The translations under genes and the position numbers were made by a program. Under the pieces are notes generated by a model. The model did no database searches and was not told where the DNA came from. It was given only the letters and a program-made list of their open reading frames with translations. Shown here piece by piece: positions 60,307 through 64,000 of a DNA stretch of 64,000 bases. The first letter of the stretch is position 1, and each line of letters starts with the position of its first letter. The DNA lies in NCBI GenBank assembly GCA_963665815.1, contig OY762463.1, positions 2,720,001-2,784,000 of the forward strand, in the 5' to 3' direction. This DNA is from Candidatus Cloacimonadales bacterium. Its GTDB lineage: Bacteria > Cloacimonadota > Cloacimonadia > Cloacimonadales > JAIOQZ01.

Positions 60307-60996
60307 TTAAAAATTACTGGCGTCCAAAGGACGACTTACATATGTAGTGAATTTAACTTCACGTTTATTATTGTTTGCTCTGTTTATGTATATTTCTGCC
60401 CACAGATCTAATCTGTAGAAATATGTTGTTGCATCAGATACACCCATCTGCATAGGATCACTGGCGTCTGTTGCATTTACACGTGAAATTTTAAACTCCC
60501 TTACTACAATATCATTTGCTGAAGAACGTGGGAATATTGGGTAAGGATAAGTTTTACCGGGTACTCTGATAGCTGAAGATACATCGCAGTATATTTTACC
60601 GTTGGATGTATTCCAGTAATATTTTACATATTCACCGGATTCTGAACTGTTTTCATTGCTCTGACTGTCCCGGCTTGGAACCGACATACGAGCTCCACCA
60701 TAATTACCTATTCCGGATGCCAGATCATGTGTCAATCTGACTTTGTATGCTCCGTTAAAACCCATATATGCTTTATCGGAAGAATTGGTTTCCGGATCTC
60801 TGATAAGTTCTCCATAACGAACTGTTTCCATAAGCTGCATTGCCTGCTCCTGAAGTAAGGAAAAAGCACGAAGTTCGTTAAACTCATTGATAAATGCAGA
60901 TATTCCAACAGTTGCAATTACAGTTATCAAGCCAACTAATGATGCACTTACAAGAAGATCAGTAAATGTGAATCCTGATTTATTCCTTAAAAACAT
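60307..60996 (-). CDS. Type IV minor pilin / pseudopilin (PilW/GspJ-like)
   Basis: Class III signal NKSG|FTFTDLLV followed by a hydrophobic helix. Confidence 0.75.
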   Translation of the reverse strand: MFLRNKSGFTFTDLLVSASLVGLITVIATVGISAFINEFNELRAFSLLQEQAMQLMETVRYGELIRDPETNSSDKAYMGFNGAYKVRLTHDLASGIGNYGGARMSVPSRDSQSNENSSESGEYVKYYWNTSNGKIYCDVSSAIRVPGKTYPYPIFPRSSANDIVVREFKISRVNATDASDPMQMGVSDATTYFYRLDLWAEIYINRANNNKREVKFTTYVSRPLDASNF

Positions 60997-61496
60997 TATT
61001 CCCCTCCTGTATTCTTATAGAAGCTGTAGAAATCTTCCTGCATTTTTATTGTTTTGGTTCGTTCAGCCGCACCGTATTTATAGGTAGGATCAGTCCATTT
61101 CACGGTTGCTGTAACCTGTACAAACTGAAGAGCCGTACCATTACATTGGTCAATACCGGTCTTGTATGAAGTTTTTACAGTAGGAATTATCTGTTGTTCT
61201 CCGTTATCAACAATGTAAATATCATCATCATCCCAGTTTTGATATCCAAGACCTGAAGCCATAAGATAAATAGATCGGACATTTTGATCAACATTCTGGT
61301 TATTCATTTTCTGCTGGCAAAGCTCAAGCTGACCTGATGCCAGAAGATAAGCTTTTCTTTCATGGTAGTTTCTTACCATCTGAGTCTCGGCGTAAAGAAG
61401 ACTGATATGAAGCCCTAACATTGCAACTGACACTATTATTGCCATCACAATTACTTCTACAAGAGTTACACCTTTGTTATTCATTATAGCTTTCAT
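60996..61496 (-). CDS. Type IV minor pilin / pseudopilin (PilV/GspI-like)
   Basis: NNKG|VTLVEVIV, A..LA...LE, C-terminal VTATVKW. Confidence 0.8.
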   Translation of the reverse strand: MKAIMNNKGVTLVEVIVMAIIVSVAMLGLHISLLYAETQMVRNYHERKAYLLASGQLELCQQKMNNQNVDQNVRSIYLMASGLGYQNWDDDDIYIVDNGEQQIIPTVKTSYKTGIDQCNGTALQFVQVTATVKWTDPTYKYGAAERTKTIKMQEDFYSFYKNTGGE

Positions 61497-61505
61497 CTCA
61501 ACTCC

Positions 61506-63401
61506 TTAAAATACATCATTTGCAGGTGGTTTCTTAAAGATGATCACACCATTCAAGTTACTGCCTCCACCACTTGTCAGGTTAACTTCCGGATAATCTG
61601 GTGGCGGTATTGAATTAAATCTATTATCAAAATGATATCTTTTACCATAACCTGTTGAGTTAGCACAGTTAGATCCAAACCACGGGCTAACCGGATCACT
61701 TAAGTCCCAGTGTCCTGTATCAAGAATGTCGCTGCCTGATCTGTGAACAAATCCACGTCTTGACTGAGATACTGAACCGAACAGGTGTATCTGACCACGT
61801 TCATAGAACATCACAGTTGATGGGAATACAGGATTATACCATGGATAATCCGGTGCTCCTGCTGTTCTCCAAGCCATTCCCTGCCATGCAGCAGGATATT
61901 GGAATCCACCGGCAGCAGCATTGTTTGCAGGCCATGGCCAATAGTGAGTACTTTCACTTGGTGGGTATTTACCAAGGTGTAAGTCAGGATACATAAAGTC
62001 TTCATCTGTATTCATCCAGTCATAAGCATGTGGAGTTGATGGGTGAGGATAATGGTATTCGTAAGAGAAGTTACCATCTTCCCAGCCTTCACCATGTCCA
62101 AGAGCAGCCATGGCTGCATAAATGTAAATACCTGATTCTTCAACATTCTCGCTTCCACAATTATCCCAGTGAATAAGTGTATCAACAGGATTTTCGTAAG
62201 CATACTTTATAAAAATTCTTCTTTCAGAAACTAAACCTACAAAATCTGACCTGTTTACTGGTCCGGTGTAGGCATCCTGAGCTTCATTATATCCATCAGG
62301 TGGATCACCGACAGGAGTATTTACAAGCGTAATATCTCCAACAAGGTACAAGTCATCTTCACTTCCCCAGGTTTGTTTACCTCCGAAGTTACCTTTTATC
62401 CAGAGTACGGAATGAGCAAAAATTGATCCGTCGCTGAGAGAACCGGTTACCGGTGATGTCCAGGAAGTATCCTGAAGCACAATAACACTGCTCATAAGAG
62501 AATCTCCAACTGGTCCGTAAGGAGGGAATGAATTATATATATCAAAAACTTCAGCAGGCAAATCATTGATTGTGGCCTTACACATAACATTATTTGGTCC
62601 GTCAACATCTACATAAAGAATATCCTGACCTTCAATGTGTCTACCGTTCATACGAATTGTTACTGCAACAGGATCATAGTCAATAAACGGAACTTCCTGT
62701 TCTGCACCATCTTCAAAGATAGATGTATTATTTAACGGTGCAGGGTTACCATTCTCCATATTAATTTCCCCGGCACAAGAAACAAAATCGTGGAATGTAG
62801 GCTGACTTGAACTCTGAAGAATAATATCAGTGTTACTGTGAACACGTCCCCAGATTTCATCACGTCCCCAGAATTTTACAGGGTCATCATTAACAGAAAT
62901 ATCTGAATTTGTGAAATACATGAAACCTGCGAAAGTCTGCTTTCTGATGTTACGTTCTCCGTATTTCTTGAAACGAGATGTGTAATTATAATCTTGACTT
63001 GTGAAAGCAACATAACGCTTTGGCTTTTTAAAAGCTTTAACAAGAGCTTTTACACCTCTCTTGGCAACAATAATCTGATTTTCCTGTTCCGGTAAACCAG
63101 TTGATACCTTTGTCTTTACTCCGTATGTTGTAAGCGATCTGCCGCTTTTTATCTCATAAAGTCTTACTCCGAGATTTGCTACAGCAAGATCCATAACATT
63201 ATCACCGGAAGTCATGAAATTCTGACCACGGTCAATACCGGTACGAAGAAAGTGAGTTTCCTGCATTTTGATAAAAGAAGTTTCTGCGTTGGCAGCATCT
63301 CCCATTACCAATACAGTAAGTGCTAAACCTGAGAAAACAGCAATTAAACTTAGCACAATTGCTGATGCGAGATTACCATTCTGGTTAATTCGAAATTCCA
63401 T
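61506..63401 (-). CDS. Large PilX/GspK-like pilin with extended C-terminal domain (DUF4900-like)
   Basis: NQNG|NLASAIVL hydrophobic helix lacking E5; GRVHSN; GSVSQ..RG...GYGKRYHFDNRF..PPP. Confidence 0.65.
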   Translation of the reverse strand: MEFRINQNGNLASAIVLSLIAVFSGLALTVLVMGDAANAETSFIKMQETHFLRTGIDRGQNFMTSGDNVMDLAVANLGVRLYEIKSGRSLTTYGVKTKVSTGLPEQENQIIVAKRGVKALVKAFKKPKRYVAFTSQDYNYTSRFKKYGERNIRKQTFAGFMYFTNSDISVNDDPVKFWGRDEIWGRVHSNTDIILQSSSQPTFHDFVSCAGEINMENGNPAPLNNTSIFEDGAEQEVPFIDYDPVAVTIRMNGRHIEGQDILYVDVDGPNNVMCKATINDLPAEVFDIYNSFPPYGPVGDSLMSSVIVLQDTSWTSPVTGSLSDGSIFAHSVLWIKGNFGGKQTWGSEDDLYLVGDITLVNTPVGDPPDGYNEAQDAYTGPVNRSDFVGLVSERRIFIKYAYENPVDTLIHWDNCGSENVEESGIYIYAAMAALGHGEGWEDGNFSYEYHYPHPSTPHAYDWMNTDEDFMYPDLHLGKYPPSESTHYWPWPANNAAAGGFQYPAAWQGMAWRTAGAPDYPWYNPVFPSTVMFYERGQIHLFGSVSQSRRGFVHRSGSDILDTGHWDLSDPVSPWFGSNCANSTGYGKRYHFDNRFNSIPPPDYPEVNLTSGGGSNLNGVIIFKKPPANDVF

Positions 63402-63483
63402 TAGGTTCTCCTCTATTGTTTTTTTAATTTATTCTTCAAATAATTCTTATAAATTAATCTATCTATTTCACATTTCAATATTA

Positions 63484-63500
63484 TACATTTTTCATGCCAA
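63484..63500 (-). promoter_or_regulatory. Possible sigma-54 promoter of the pilin cluster
   Basis: - strand TTGGCATGAAAAATGT: good -24 box, GT instead of GC at -12. Confidence 0.35.
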
Positions 63501-63732
63501 TATAATATTACACTTAAATGACGAAATATCAAAGAACTATAAAGAGTGTCAAGAACTATGAATTTCACTATTATCATATATGAGAATTAAATAATAAGTA
63601 TTTAATGCCAGTAATTACTTAGTTATTGCAATGAAAGTTGTTAGGTCTTATTCATATATGAATCAAATTTGATAAAACACGTAAAATTGTATCAAAAAAG
63701 TACATTTTTCCGATATAGTTAACTAATAAATA

Positions 63733-64000
63733 TCAGAAATGTTCCGGTACTTTCTTAAACCTCATGAATCCGTTCCTGTAAGGTGTTGTACCCTCACGTA
63801 TTTTTACTTCCGGATAATCAGGAGGAGGATTTGTCATAAATCTGTGATCATAGTGATAATCTTTTCCATAACCTGAGCTTCCATTAGGTATCGGTCCAAA
63901 CTTAGGTAATGACATATCCCAGTACCCTCCGTCAGAAGAGCTGTTTCCGCTTCTGTGAACAAATCCTCTTCTATGCTGAGCTACAGATCCAAAAAGGTGA
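63733..64000 (-). CDS. 3' end of a paralog of the PilX-like gene (partial, starts beyond the window)
   Basis: HLFGSVAQHRRGFVHRSG...GYGKDYHYDHRF..PPPDYPEV aligns with the C-terminus of 61506-63401. Confidence 0.85.
   Translation of the reverse strand, partial: HLFGSVAQHRRGFVHRSGNSSSDGGYWDMSLPKFGPIPNGSSGYGKDYHYDHRFMTNPPPDYPEVKIREGTTPYRNGFMRFKKVPEHF

Overview
AT-rich bacterial chromosomal window. Four secreted proteins end in a PNPFNP...FlgD-Ig/T9SS-type-A-like domain, which is typical of Cloacimonadota/FCB-group anaerobes (inferred, not proven). It carries housekeeping genes (rpmB, rarA, rsmI, gpsA, ndk, fba, gap), an ECF sigma/anti-sigma operon, a cNMP-histidine kinase, a multi-HAMP chemoreceptor, beta-propeller lipoproteins, a proline-dehydrogenase/sarcosine-oxidase-like flavoprotein pair, a 5'-truncated IS1182-family transposase and a minor-pilin cluster running off the right edge. 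The most notable locus is a stand-alone 1375-aa NLR-like gene (19696-23823). It encodes an AT-rich N-terminal module, a CHAT caspase-like protease with intact His/Cys, a STAND/NB-ARC ATPase and ten near-identical 120-bp TPR repeats that look shuffled. It is bracketed by a perfect 28-bp inverted REP pair and a direct-repeat pair of a structured element. Intergenic DNA also holds a two-copy MITE family, a three-copy element with fixed arms and variable inserts, and two duplicated gene-end scars. No tRNA, rRNA or CRISPR array was seen.
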